DNA of 64,000 nt, from IMG/VR virus record IMGVR_UViG_3300045988_179268, positions 1 through 64,000 of that record; one strand, written 5' to 3'. Of the stretch, positions 44,134 to 52,833 are shown piece by piece. The notes under the pieces are model-generated. The model was not told the origin of the DNA and ran no database searches. It worked only from the letters and a program-made list of their open reading frames with translations. The DNA comes from a virus. Made by a program: the position numbers and the translations under genes. How positions within the stretch are numbered: position 1 is the stretch's first letter; the number at the start of each line of letters is the position of its first letter.

Positions 44134-44973
44134 ATGGACAACTTTTTCGATTACCTATTCGAGGACTTCTATAGCCACCTGGAAGCCTCTACTCGCATTG
44201 CATTTGCGGGTGACTGGCATATGAATCTGGAGCGAGTGGACAAGGTTCTTGATAGAGTAGAACGAATGGGTGCAGATGTCGTTCTGCATGTTGGGGATTT
44301 TGGGTATTTCCCTGCCCTTGAAGACTATGACGCTTTCATTTCCAGGGTAACTGCCCGCGCCAAGCTTCATAATTATTTCATTGTTTTCATTGAGGGTAAC
44401 CATGAGCAGTACACTAATAGCCGGTACCCCCGCTGGCAGAGTGAGACTGTTCTGACACGTGATGGGTTGAACACGCTTCGCAATAAAGCAGATGAGAATG
44501 GTTTCGTCTTAGTATCGCCCCGTGTTCTGTGGGCGACTCGCGGAGCAACCGCAAAAATTGGAACCGCTGGGGGTAAGCGCGGTGTAAGCTTCATTGGATG
44601 TGGTGGCGCAGGAAGTATCAACCGTGAGTTTGAGCAGATGCGGCGCTTCTGGTCACCTGATGAGCGTGTCACCGCTGATGACGTAGCGGCTGTCAAGCGT
44701 GGCGCTGAGCGTCTGGATGGCATTGTGGACATTATGCTGACTCATGATGCCCCTAGCGGCGCACCTGTGCCCAAGAGTCGCATTAAAGGCTCCCTGGATA
44801 AGGTTCAGGCGCATGTCCTTAAGGAAGCAGAGGAGACTCGCAAGAACATTGCTGAGGCTGTCTCTGTCGCGAAACCCTCCGTGCTATTTCACGGGCATTG
44901 GCATGTGCGTAACAACGGAACTAATGTCCCTATCGACACTAATTCTGGTCGCACAGTAATCCCTTCGGTTTAG
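44134..44973 (+). CDS. calcineurin-like metallophosphoesterase
   Basis: IAFAGDWHMN, VLHVGDFGYF, FIEGNHEQY, MLTHDAP, FHGHWH. Ends at TAG 44971-44973, followed in frame by 38 more sense codons. Confidence 0.75.
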   Translation: MDNFFDYLFEDFYSHLEASTRIAFAGDWHMNLERVDKVLDRVERMGADVVLHVGDFGYFPALEDYDAFISRVTARAKLHNYFIVFIEGNHEQYTNSRYPRWQSETVLTRDGLNTLRNKADENGFVLVSPRVLWATRGATAKIGTAGGKRGVSFIGCGGAGSINREFEQMRRFWSPDERVTADDVAAVKRGAERLDGIVDIMLTHDAPSGAPVPKSRIKGSLDKVQAHVLKEAEETRKNIAEAVSVAKPSVLFHGHWHVRNNGTNVPIDTNSGRTVIPSV

Positions 44974-45122
44974 TCTCTTGGGGATGAGTTGCGTGCAGGA
45001 GACAACCTTTGTTTTACTGATACGCATCTGTGGGACTGCGATGCAGATGAGTTAAACAAGCGCCTTATTCAAGGCGATTTGTGGGTCTAATAATGGTAAT
45101 CTGAACTTTAAGGTTTTAAGCT

Positions 45123-45272
45123 ATGTCTCTTAAGAATATGTACGCTTATTTAGGTAAGCTTCTTTGCCGTGTTGGTGCTCACCATTGGGATGGTTGCGCT
45201 TTCGCTTACGCATCACAATGTGAGCGTTGCTTCAAACTATCGCCTGGTAGTGAGAAGCATTTTAAATCTTGA
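45123..45272 (+). CDS. possible small Cys-containing protein (49 aa, below the ORF-track cutoff)
   Basis: ATG..TGA ORF translating to MSLKNMYAYLGKLLCRVGAHHWDGCAFAYASQCERCFKLSPGSEKHFKS. No clear SD. Confidence 0.2.
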   Translation: MSLKNMYAYLGKLLCRVGAHHWDGCAFAYASQCERCFKLSPGSEKHFKS

Positions 45273-45310
45273 TTTGTCAGACTTGACGTTGTTGAATAAA
45301 GGAAGTTTTT

Positions 45311-45865
45311 ATGTCTAAGCCACTTATCCCTGCTTTGCCGAAAAAGATTCGCCCTGATGAGGAGTTTGAATCACGTGCTTTACGTCAGTTCCACGATGTT
45401 TTTGGGCACCGAAACGGCTTCACTGACCCGCTGGACATGGATAGTTTGGAGGGGAAGAAAGAGCTTGTTCGACGCTTCAACTTCTTAGGTGAGGAGTTTG
45501 CGGAGCTTGGAGGGGCTATTTTTGATGAAGTTGATAGGCTGTTCCTTATGGCGGCTATTAACTTCGTCATTAGCCGTCACCGCGTCGAAGACCTAAAGGT
45601 GGATAAGGTGGAAGTTATTGACGCTTTGGGCGACATTCGTTATATTGACAGTGGTATGTTTGTATGCTTCGGCATTCCTCTAGAGTATGCCGCCCGTGAA
45701 ATCCATGCTTCCAATATGTCTAAATTAGGTTCAGATGGTAAGCCCATTTACAGGGAGGACGGTAAAATCCTCAAGGGTGAAAATTACGTCCCCCCGAACC
45801 TCGCGCCTTTACTAGAAGGCAAGACTACAGAGAACATGGAGAACTGGGTGACCGATGATGAGTAA
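45311..45865 (+). CDS. MazG-like all-alpha nucleoside triphosphate pyrophosphohydrolase
   Basis: FLGEEFAELGGAI and DALGDIRYI resemble the paired EExxE / D motifs of MazG-type NTP-PPases. AAAGGAAG lies upstream. Confidence 0.5.
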   Translation: MSKPLIPALPKKIRPDEEFESRALRQFHDVFGHRNGFTDPLDMDSLEGKKELVRRFNFLGEEFAELGGAIFDEVDRLFLMAAINFVISRHRVEDLKVDKVEVIDALGDIRYIDSGMFVCFGIPLEYAAREIHASNMSKLGSDGKPIYREDGKILKGENYVPPNLAPLLEGKTTENMENWVTDDE

Positions 45866-47069
45866 GTCTGGTAATGATTCACCCGTGGAGAGCGTTGATG
45901 CCTCTGAGGGGGTTAAGAAATCCTTTAAGGAGCGCCTGCTAAGCTTCGCAGGTAAAGCCAAGGGCGGAGCGGTTAGTTTCCTTGAGGGGTCTTATGGGCG
46001 TTTAGCACTGCCCGCTGTAAGCATTACGCTGTTCTTGTCTTTAATTTCCCCACTAATGCCAGGTATGGCTTGGTGGGCACCTTGGCTTTGGTTCTTCACG
46101 TCAGCGGGGTTCCTTTTCATACTGAGCCGTTCCATAGTAGTTATTAAAGTGTTAGTTACTTTAGCTATTATTGGCTATTGTATGGTGACAATGCACGATG
46201 TGGCTATTTATGCTTCACCGTATAGTGGCTGGGAGTTCTTTGCCGGGTTTTCACCGCTTCTTGGATTAGGAATATCTCTTACGTTGTCCATGTTTGGGAC
46301 TTACGGGATTTCCCGGTGGACTCATCAGCCTCTAGTGGCTATTTTGGCAACTACGGCGGGTGTTATTGTCACGGCGGCGACACTGAATCCTGCTTTGGGT
46401 GGAGCTGTCCTAATGGGCATTTCAGTTCTTACCTCATCCCTATGGTATAGGTATGGCATTAAGATGTTCTATTGGCGTTCTAAAATGCCTTTATTCGTCA
46501 AGCCGAAGCATCTTGAAGCCAAGCTTAAGCGGGAAGCGGCTATAATTAATGACCCGAAAAACAGTAAGACGAAGTATGACTCAGAGTGGTTCTACTACCC
46601 GTATGTAGCGCCTCGTAGTGGTGCGCCGTCACCTGTTTTCGTTATTGGCGACCGTGCTTATTTATTTTTCCCCGTTAGTCTTACAGCGCCTTTTGTTTTG
46701 GAAGAAAAGACGGGTCTTTTTGGGGATAAGGTGAAGTCACGTAAGCTGACGTATAAGGGGAAGCCTGTTGAGCCGTGGCTTTTTGATAAAGTGATTTCCA
46801 GGACACCTCCTGGTGTTATCCCTGTGCTTATGGATGTGCAGAATGCTTGTCCGCCGGATAAACGCAATATTACTTTAGCTATTCCTGATTCGCCTTTGAA
46901 CTCTGCCGGTGAACCTATCCGCTATCTTGAGGTTGGTATTATCAACGCCCGTGAGGTTAATAGTGCGGCAAAGGAACTTCATATCGTTAAACGTGCTGAA
47001 GCTATTTACCATTCGAAGCCGACTTTGGACGAAAAAACGCAGGCTCGTTTGAAGCGTTTAAAAATTTAA
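45855..47069 (+). CDS. polytopic membrane protein with C-terminal soluble domain, function unknown
   Basis: 404 aa. The start overlaps the upstream stop (ATGATGAGTAA), suggesting translational coupling. About six hydrophobic helices. Confidence 0.55.
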   Translation: MMSKSGNDSPVESVDASEGVKKSFKERLLSFAGKAKGGAVSFLEGSYGRLALPAVSITLFLSLISPLMPGMAWWAPWLWFFTSAGFLFILSRSIVVIKVLVTLAIIGYCMVTMHDVAIYASPYSGWEFFAGFSPLLGLGISLTLSMFGTYGISRWTHQPLVAILATTAGVIVTAATLNPALGGAVLMGISVLTSSLWYRYGIKMFYWRSKMPLFVKPKHLEAKLKREAAIINDPKNSKTKYDSEWFYYPYVAPRSGAPSPVFVIGDRAYLFFPVSLTAPFVLEEKTGLFGDKVKSRKLTYKGKPVEPWLFDKVISRTPPGVIPVLMDVQNACPPDKRNITLAIPDSPLNSAGEPIRYLEVGIINAREVNSAAKELHIVKRAEAIYHSKPTLDEKTQARLKRLKI

Positions 47070-47249
47070 TACCCTTTTTCGCTTTGGTGCGGCACCAGAT
47101 GCATGTGCTATTATTGCTAATGTTGGAAGACATGGTACTACCTCCTTTCTTCTAGTGTTAAGTGATTAAGTGGTTAAGAGAGGGCACGTTCCATCATCTT
47201 TTGGGGCGTGTCCTCTCTTATGCTATCTGAGAGAGTATAGGACGATTAC

Positions 47250-48761
47250 TTGATTTCTCCTGAATCATTCGTGAACCTACATACCCACTCAACGTACTCG
47301 ACGTTGGATGGGTTTTCTAGCGTTAGTGAGTACATTAGTCGTGCCGTAGAGGTTGGACAGACCGCTTTAGGTATCACTGACCACGGCAATATGCATGGGA
47401 TTTATGAGCTAATTACTGGGTGCCAGAAAGCTGGGATTACACCTGTTCCAGGTTGCGAGTTTTATGTTGCGCCGCTGAATCCTGATGGTGCTAAGGTTCA
47501 GTCACCCGTTTACTATGGTGAGCCTGGCGCTGATGGTGATGTTTCAGGTAGAGGCAATTATTTGCATTTAACGATGTGGGCTGTCAATGATGAGGGTCTA
47601 CGTAACATGTTTGAGTTGCAGATGTTGGCTTCTTCCCCGGAGCATAAACGTGCAGGGTACCCACGTATTGATTTAGATATGATGCGTGAACATTCCGCAG
47701 GTGTTGTTGTCTCGACGGGCTGTCCGTCAGGTGAGATTTCCACCCGATTCCGCTTAGGTCAAGATGCTGAGGCATATAAGTATGCCGAAACTCTGGTTAG
47801 TATCTATGGGAAAGATAACGTGTTTGTCGAAGTTATGAACCATAACATGACTTCTGACCTTGAACGCGATTTGCTGATGAAGCAGATTAAACTGGCTGAG
47901 ACGCTAGGGTTAAGACTTTTAGCTACGAATGATTGCCATTATGCGCATCATTCTGATGCCCCGCATCATGAGGAGATGCTGGCTATTGGTACTGGTTCCA
48001 CTATGAATGATTTGCCTAAGGAACAAGGTGGGCGAAGGTTCTGCTTTGACGGTGACCAGTATTTCTTGAAGACTGCTGAACAGATGTTAGAGCTTTTCCC
48101 TGAGGATGTTTACCCTGGTGCTGTAACAAATACAGCAGTTCTGGCAGATATGGTGGAGGATTTCTCATTATTTGAGTACAGGTCTGACTTGCGACCCATC
48201 CCGCATATTCCAGCTGACGAAACAGAGGAAAGTTATCTGCGTAGAGTTGTCACGTCTCTTGCGTATGAGCAGTTCCACGATGATGAGGTGAAGTATCGGG
48301 CTGTACTTGATAGGGCGGCTAAAGAGCTTGATGTTCTAGCGTCAGCGAACTATTGCGGTTACATGCTTATTGTTGCTGAGTACGTGAATTGGTTCAGGGA
48401 TAGTTTCAGTGTTCGTAACAGCTCAGGCGACGTTGTGATGAGTGCTGTTGGTATTGCTCGTGGCTCGGCGGGCGGCTCTATTGTTGCTTATTTGTTGGGT
48501 ATTACAGATATTGACCCTATCGAGTACGGGTTGTTTTTTGAGCGTTTCATTTCGGCGGGACGTGTAGACCAGGCTGAAATTTCGGTAGGTGATGGCGCGT
48601 CTGTCGTCCTTCCAGTCTCGGAGAAGGTCAAAGTTCTTACCGAAGATGGGGTTGAGGTTGAGAAGTATATTCACCAGGTAGCAGAAGGTGACTGGGTTTT
48701 GGTTGAACCTGATACGCCTATCGGCAATATTTTTAGCAGTCCCGTTCCGGCTGAGGTCTAG
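47250..48761 (+). CDS. dnaE: DNA polymerase III alpha (DnaE), N-terminal fragment (PHP domain to start of palm)
   Basis: FVNLHTHSTYSTLDG, GITDHGNMHG, ATNDCHY, ..YLLGITDIDPIEYGLFFERFISAGRV, then a 64-aa non-DnaE tail (48567-48758) and a stop codon. Confidence 0.85.
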   Translation: MISPESFVNLHTHSTYSTLDGFSSVSEYISRAVEVGQTALGITDHGNMHGIYELITGCQKAGITPVPGCEFYVAPLNPDGAKVQSPVYYGEPGADGDVSGRGNYLHLTMWAVNDEGLRNMFELQMLASSPEHKRAGYPRIDLDMMREHSAGVVVSTGCPSGEISTRFRLGQDAEAYKYAETLVSIYGKDNVFVEVMNHNMTSDLERDLLMKQIKLAETLGLRLLATNDCHYAHHSDAPHHEEMLAIGTGSTMNDLPKEQGGRRFCFDGDQYFLKTAEQMLELFPEDVYPGAVTNTAVLADMVEDFSLFEYRSDLRPIPHIPADETEESYLRRVVTSLAYEQFHDDEVKYRAVLDRAAKELDVLASANYCGYMLIVAEYVNWFRDSFSVRNSSGDVVMSAVGIARGSAGGSIVAYLLGITDIDPIEYGLFFERFISAGRVDQAEISVGDGASVVLPVSEKVKVLTEDGVEVEKYIHQVAEGDWVLVEPDTPIGNIFSSPVPAEV

Positions 48762-48782
48762 TTTTTAAAGGCGGTTTTAGGT

Positions 48783-50012
48783 ATGAGTGAAGAAGTTGTA
48801 GAAGAAGTTGCTGTTTCAGTTGTTGAGGAGGCAGATTCCGTTGAGCCTACTCAAGCTCAGCCCACAGAGTACGTTGAGTTTCACAGGAAATATCAGCCGC
48901 GTGTCTGGGATGACTTTATTGGGCAGGAGCATATTGTTGCGCCGTTAAAGCGTGACATTATCGAGAACCGCCGTGTCCAGGGTCGCCTATTTCGTGGCGC
49001 GGCTGGAACTGGTAAGTCTAGCATGGTGAAGGTTTTCACTAAGGCGATGAATTGTGAGGGTCGCCCTGCTGATTCTGCTGACCCGTGCCTTGTGTGTGAT
49101 TCGTGTGTCCGTTTTGATGCGGAGGAGAATGGCGGAATGTATTATTTCGTTGGTTCCGTCACAAGTGGTGTAGATGATGTTCGTGCTATCGTTAATGCTG
49201 GTCGTGTTAAGCAGATGATGAAAGCGCCATACATCATTATGGATGAGTGTCACGCTCTGTCGAAGTTTGCCTGGGATGCGTTTTTGGCATACCTGGAAAA
49301 TAAGGACGACATGGATAGTGTTCCTATTATTTTCTGTACCACGGAGGCGGGCGGCATTAAAGCCTCTATTTCAACCCGTGTCCAAGAGTATAAGTTCAGG
49401 AATATCCCTGTCCCTGTTTTGGAGCAGTATGTTAAGGATATTGCTAGGCGTGAGGGTGTGGAAATCACCGACAATGGTGCTTCTTGGTGTGCTCGTGCCG
49501 CCCAGGGTTCAGCCCGTGGCGCGCTAAAGCGTTTAGAAGAGTATCTGCGTAACCCTGACCTTTACTCTGTTGATGAGTCATTCGCCACAGTCCTCATGAG
49601 AGAGTTCATCCTTGGCGATGTACCTAAGCTTCATAAAGCTTTGGAGTCCGTCAAGCAGATTGACTCAGCCTTACGTGACGGCACAGAGCTTGCGATGAAC
49701 CAGCTGAGGCATTACATTGCGCGGCAGAATAAGGCTACGGTCAGTCTAGGAGATTTGCCTTTTGCCGACTTACCTAAGCAGAACGTAGGTTTGTCTATGA
49801 TGGAGCAGAATCTACCGTCTGATAAGGCAATGAAAGTACTTAAACTTATGGCAGAGACTTTCCACGGATTCTGGAATACTACCGACGAGAATATTATCTT
49901 CGAAATTCTTTGGCTAGACCTTACGGTAAGGATGCATGAACTGCTGGAAGATAGGCGCGCGAAGCAAAAAGAGCTTGAGCTACATCAGAATAATTCACAG
50001 GGGCGGAAGTAA
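48783..50012 (+). CDS. DnaX-like AAA+ clamp-loader ATPase (gamma/tau-like)
   Basis: FIGQEHIV, Walker A FRGAAGTGKSS, Zn module NCEG..PCLVCDSC, Walker B IIMDECHALS, sensor-1 FCTTE, SRC-like STRVQEYKF and GSARGAL. Confidence 0.8.
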   Translation: MSEEVVEEVAVSVVEEADSVEPTQAQPTEYVEFHRKYQPRVWDDFIGQEHIVAPLKRDIIENRRVQGRLFRGAAGTGKSSMVKVFTKAMNCEGRPADSADPCLVCDSCVRFDAEENGGMYYFVGSVTSGVDDVRAIVNAGRVKQMMKAPYIIMDECHALSKFAWDAFLAYLENKDDMDSVPIIFCTTEAGGIKASISTRVQEYKFRNIPVPVLEQYVKDIARREGVEITDNGASWCARAAQGSARGALKRLEEYLRNPDLYSVDESFATVLMREFILGDVPKLHKALESVKQIDSALRDGTELAMNQLRHYIARQNKATVSLGDLPFADLPKQNVGLSMMEQNLPSDKAMKVLKLMAETFHGFWNTTDENIIFEILWLDLTVRMHELLEDRRAKQKELELHQNNSQGRK

Positions 50013-50015
50013 TTC

Positions 50016-52730
50016 ATGGGGACTATTGAGAAACGTATTATTGACGGCAAGACATATGTTCGCGTGGCGGGGAATAAAGTTGTTCAGCCTGGTTCGCCAC
50101 CAGATATTGATACAGACTTCCATACAGCCCATAGGGACGCGGCGTTTGAGCATGTAGCTCAGCTGTATGGGGCTGACCATTCTGCGCGTCTGCCTACTAA
50201 CCAGATGCTTAAAACACGCGCGTCTATCAAAGATGGTGCGCGAGTGTATGGTGTGCCGCCTGCGCAGGCTAACTATGTGACGAGTCTTTTGCCAGATAGT
50301 CTAGGCGTTACCTTCGCTAAGGTGTATGACCCTGAGAGTGACGAGTTTGCGGGTGCTGAGCGTTTCCGTGAAGCTGTCAGCACGCCTTTCTGGGAGAAGC
50401 CTCTAGCTTGTGCTAAAGCTCTTGAGGGGCGTATCCGTGGTCGAGGTGTTCACGCTTGCGGACTTCTGATTTCCTCTAGTCCGCTACAGCATCATGTTCC
50501 CGTTGATACTGCTAAGGATGGCACTGTCGTTGCGGGGTTTGAATATGGTGCCTGCGAGAGCATGGGGCTGATTAAGTTTGACTTCTTAGGGCTGGATACT
50601 GTCGATATTCTTTGCGATGCGGCACGTCTAGCAGTGCAAGCCGGGAAAGATGTGCCTGACTTCCGTAAGATGGTTCGAGAAAGCCGCTTTGATGACGCTG
50701 AGACGTTCCGCTTACTGGGTAAGGGCGATACGGTTGGCATCTTCCAGCTAGGCAACTCTGCTGTTGCTGACCTTTTCACGAAGTTCACCCCTAGCACGCT
50801 GGGTGACATTTCAGCTATTACGGCACTTTATCGCCCTGGGCCAATGAGTGCTGGTAGCCATATCCAGTATGTTGAGCGTCGGGCTGGGCGTGAGGAGATT
50901 AAGCCGATTCATGCTGATTTTGTAGGTTCGCCATTAGATAGCATTCTTGCTGACACTAGTGGTCTGCTGGTTTATCAGGAGCAGGTAATGTCAATTGCCT
51001 CGCTTATCGCCGGTATGACCCCTCAAGAAGGTGACGACTTGCGTCGCGCTATCGGTAAGAAGAAGCACGATTTGATGCTTGCATACGCTGAGCGGTTCAT
51101 TGAGGGTGGCGCGGGTAACGGGTATAGCCGAGAAGCTATGCAGGCGTTGTGGGACAGAATTGTCGGATTCGCTGAGTACGGGTTCAATAAATCGCACTCT
51201 GACGCTTACGCGGCAATGGCTTACCTGGCGTTATACATGAAGGCGCATTTTCCAGCTGAATTTTATGCGGCGGCGATTGCCCGCAAGGTGTCAATGGGTT
51301 CATCTGGCAGAGATAAAGTTCAGGAACTCATTGAGGACGCTAAACGTCGAGGCGTTCGACTTGATGTACCTGACGTTAATTTCTCTAGCGCTGACATTGG
51401 TCTAAACGGTGACGGTAACCTTGCGTTTGGATTCTCAATGCTTAAAGGTGTTGGCTCTAAGGATGCTGAGGTTATTGTTTCTGAGCGTGAGAGGGCTGGA
51501 CTGTACTCAAGTTTCAAGGACTTCGTTGTTCGTAGCTTCAACGCAGGCAAGGTCACTAAAACAACGTATGAGGGGTTAGCTAAGGCTGGCGCTTTTGATG
51601 TGTTCGGTCTTTCTCGCAAAGCCGTCTTGGAAGCAATTCCGGGGTATTTAGATTTACTACGAAAAGAGAGGGCTAAGCTTAGGAGGCAGGCGCTAAAGCT
51701 GGCTAAGGAAACAGGCGTTGAGCCGTCCCCTGATGCTGAGCTTGTCTCTGGCGAATCGTTGCCGGAAGATGAAGCGTTAAGTCGAGATGATTATCCGCTG
51801 GTTGAGCGTCTGCGCCATGAAGCTGAGGTTGCTGGGCAGTATATGACGGGTCATCCGATGGCATCTGTGCCCGAGAGGGTACCTGTGATGCGTGGTTGTA
51901 CTGTGAGTGAGCTTATGGCTTCGGAACAGCCGGTGAAGGGTGCGGTAGTGATGGCGGCTATCGTTGCGTTGGATGACAAGACGCATAAGAAGTTTGGGCG
52001 TAAGGTCATTGCCACTTTGGATGATGGTACGGGCGTTATTGCTGGGTATGTTTCTAATAGCCTTCTTGCGCGGGAGGACTTGTGGGTTGCTGAGCAGAAT
52101 ATTAAGAGTGCTTATATTAATGGTGATGCGATTGATTCGTCTGATGCTTCTAAGGTTGATGCCGCGAATATTCAATCCAGCCCTAAGCTACAGCCGTACC
52201 ACGTCTATTCGCTACATGTGAACTACACCCCGGCGCGTAAGATTGTAAATGATGATGGGGAGGTTAATTACCGTCCACCATATTTGAACATTTTGCACGC
52301 CCGACAGGTTCCGTTGTCTGCTTCGGGAGATATGTGCGCCCGGCTAAGGGTCGATATTTCACGCGGCGGCTCTATGGGGGATGTTGTGAGTAAGTTGCGT
52401 GAAATTGTGGGCGGGCTTCATTCCGCTGATTCCACCCGCCACGTTCCGCTGATGGTTGCGCTTTATGACTCGTCAAAGCCGGGGTGTGGCGTGGACTTGC
52501 CCAGCAAGTTCCTTTATGCGGCGCGTGAGGGCACCTCTAAGGGAGTTTCATGGTCAGATTTGCCTGTTGCTCCAATGGAAGCTTCTACGGCGGCTATGCG
52601 AGATTTAGTGGATAAGATGGATTATGTGGAAGTGCCCATGCGGGTTCCTTTCATGAATGCCACGCGGAATACTTTAGTGAAAGTTTTCGGGGAGGGTTCA
52701 TTTGATTGGGGTCATTTCCTGGTTTCTTAA
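50016..52730 (+). CDS. dnaE: DNA polymerase III alpha (DnaE), C-terminal fragment (palm, fingers, beta-binding and OB regions)
   Basis: After a 26-aa non-DnaE leader it resumes at SPPDIDTDF (matching SMPDFDVDF in E. coli). Also GLIKFDFLGLDT, YRPGPM, VYQEQVM and FNKSHSDAYA. Confidence 0.85.
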   Translation: MGTIEKRIIDGKTYVRVAGNKVVQPGSPPDIDTDFHTAHRDAAFEHVAQLYGADHSARLPTNQMLKTRASIKDGARVYGVPPAQANYVTSLLPDSLGVTFAKVYDPESDEFAGAERFREAVSTPFWEKPLACAKALEGRIRGRGVHACGLLISSSPLQHHVPVDTAKDGTVVAGFEYGACESMGLIKFDFLGLDTVDILCDAARLAVQAGKDVPDFRKMVRESRFDDAETFRLLGKGDTVGIFQLGNSAVADLFTKFTPSTLGDISAITALYRPGPMSAGSHIQYVERRAGREEIKPIHADFVGSPLDSILADTSGLLVYQEQVMSIASLIAGMTPQEGDDLRRAIGKKKHDLMLAYAERFIEGGAGNGYSREAMQALWDRIVGFAEYGFNKSHSDAYAAMAYLALYMKAHFPAEFYAAAIARKVSMGSSGRDKVQELIEDAKRRGVRLDVPDVNFSSADIGLNGDGNLAFGFSMLKGVGSKDAEVIVSERERAGLYSSFKDFVVRSFNAGKVTKTTYEGLAKAGAFDVFGLSRKAVLEAIPGYLDLLRKERAKLRRQALKLAKETGVEPSPDAELVSGESLPEDEALSRDDYPLVERLRHEAEVAGQYMTGHPMASVPERVPVMRGCTVSELMASEQPVKGAVVMAAIVALDDKTHKKFGRKVIATLDDGTGVIAGYVSNSLLAREDLWVAEQNIKSAYINGDAIDSSDASKVDAANIQSSPKLQPYHVYSLHVNYTPARKIVNDDGEVNYRPPYLNILHARQVPLSASGDMCARLRVDISRGGSMGDVVSKLREIVGGLHSADSTRHVPLMVALYDSSKPGCGVDLPSKFLYAAREGTSKGVSWSDLPVAPMEASTAAMRDLVDKMDYVEVPMRVPFMNATRNTLVKVFGEGSFDWGHFLVS

Positions 52731-52750
52731 ACCAGCGGTTTAATCCCTAG

Positions 52751-52789
52751 AAGAGGGGTGTGTAGCTATATTTTCTATACACCCCTCTT
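52751..52789 (+). terminator. stem-loop terminator
   Basis: 15-bp stem aagaggggtgtgtag / ctatacacccctctt with one G-U pair. Confidence 0.6.
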
Positions 52790-52833
52790 GTTTCATGTGA
52801 TGCCTATCAATTTTACTGAAAGTTGGTCATTCT

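Noticed and set aside
44971-44973. Genome-wide amber (TAG) recoding
   Set aside because: TAG terminates many well-defined genes here (for example at 1379, 2713, 3766, 9279, 13674, 16548, 23444 and 35237). None of the three tRNAs has a CTA anticodon.
47002-47133. 43-aa minus-strand ORF with a perfect AAGGAGGT SD 7 nt upstream of its ATG
   Set aside because: It overlaps the 3' end of the 45855-47069 gene convergently, is very short and has no recognisable features. The SD-like string could be chance. It would be worth checking only if ribosome profiling becomes available.
48567-50093. A functional (splicing) split intein at the DnaE break
   Set aside because: The tails resemble Hint termini but total only 90 aa. 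They lack a Cys/Ser/Thr or class-3 Cys nucleophile, a block-B TxxH and the terminal His-Asn, so splicing is unlikely. This is kept only as a docking-domain hypothesis.
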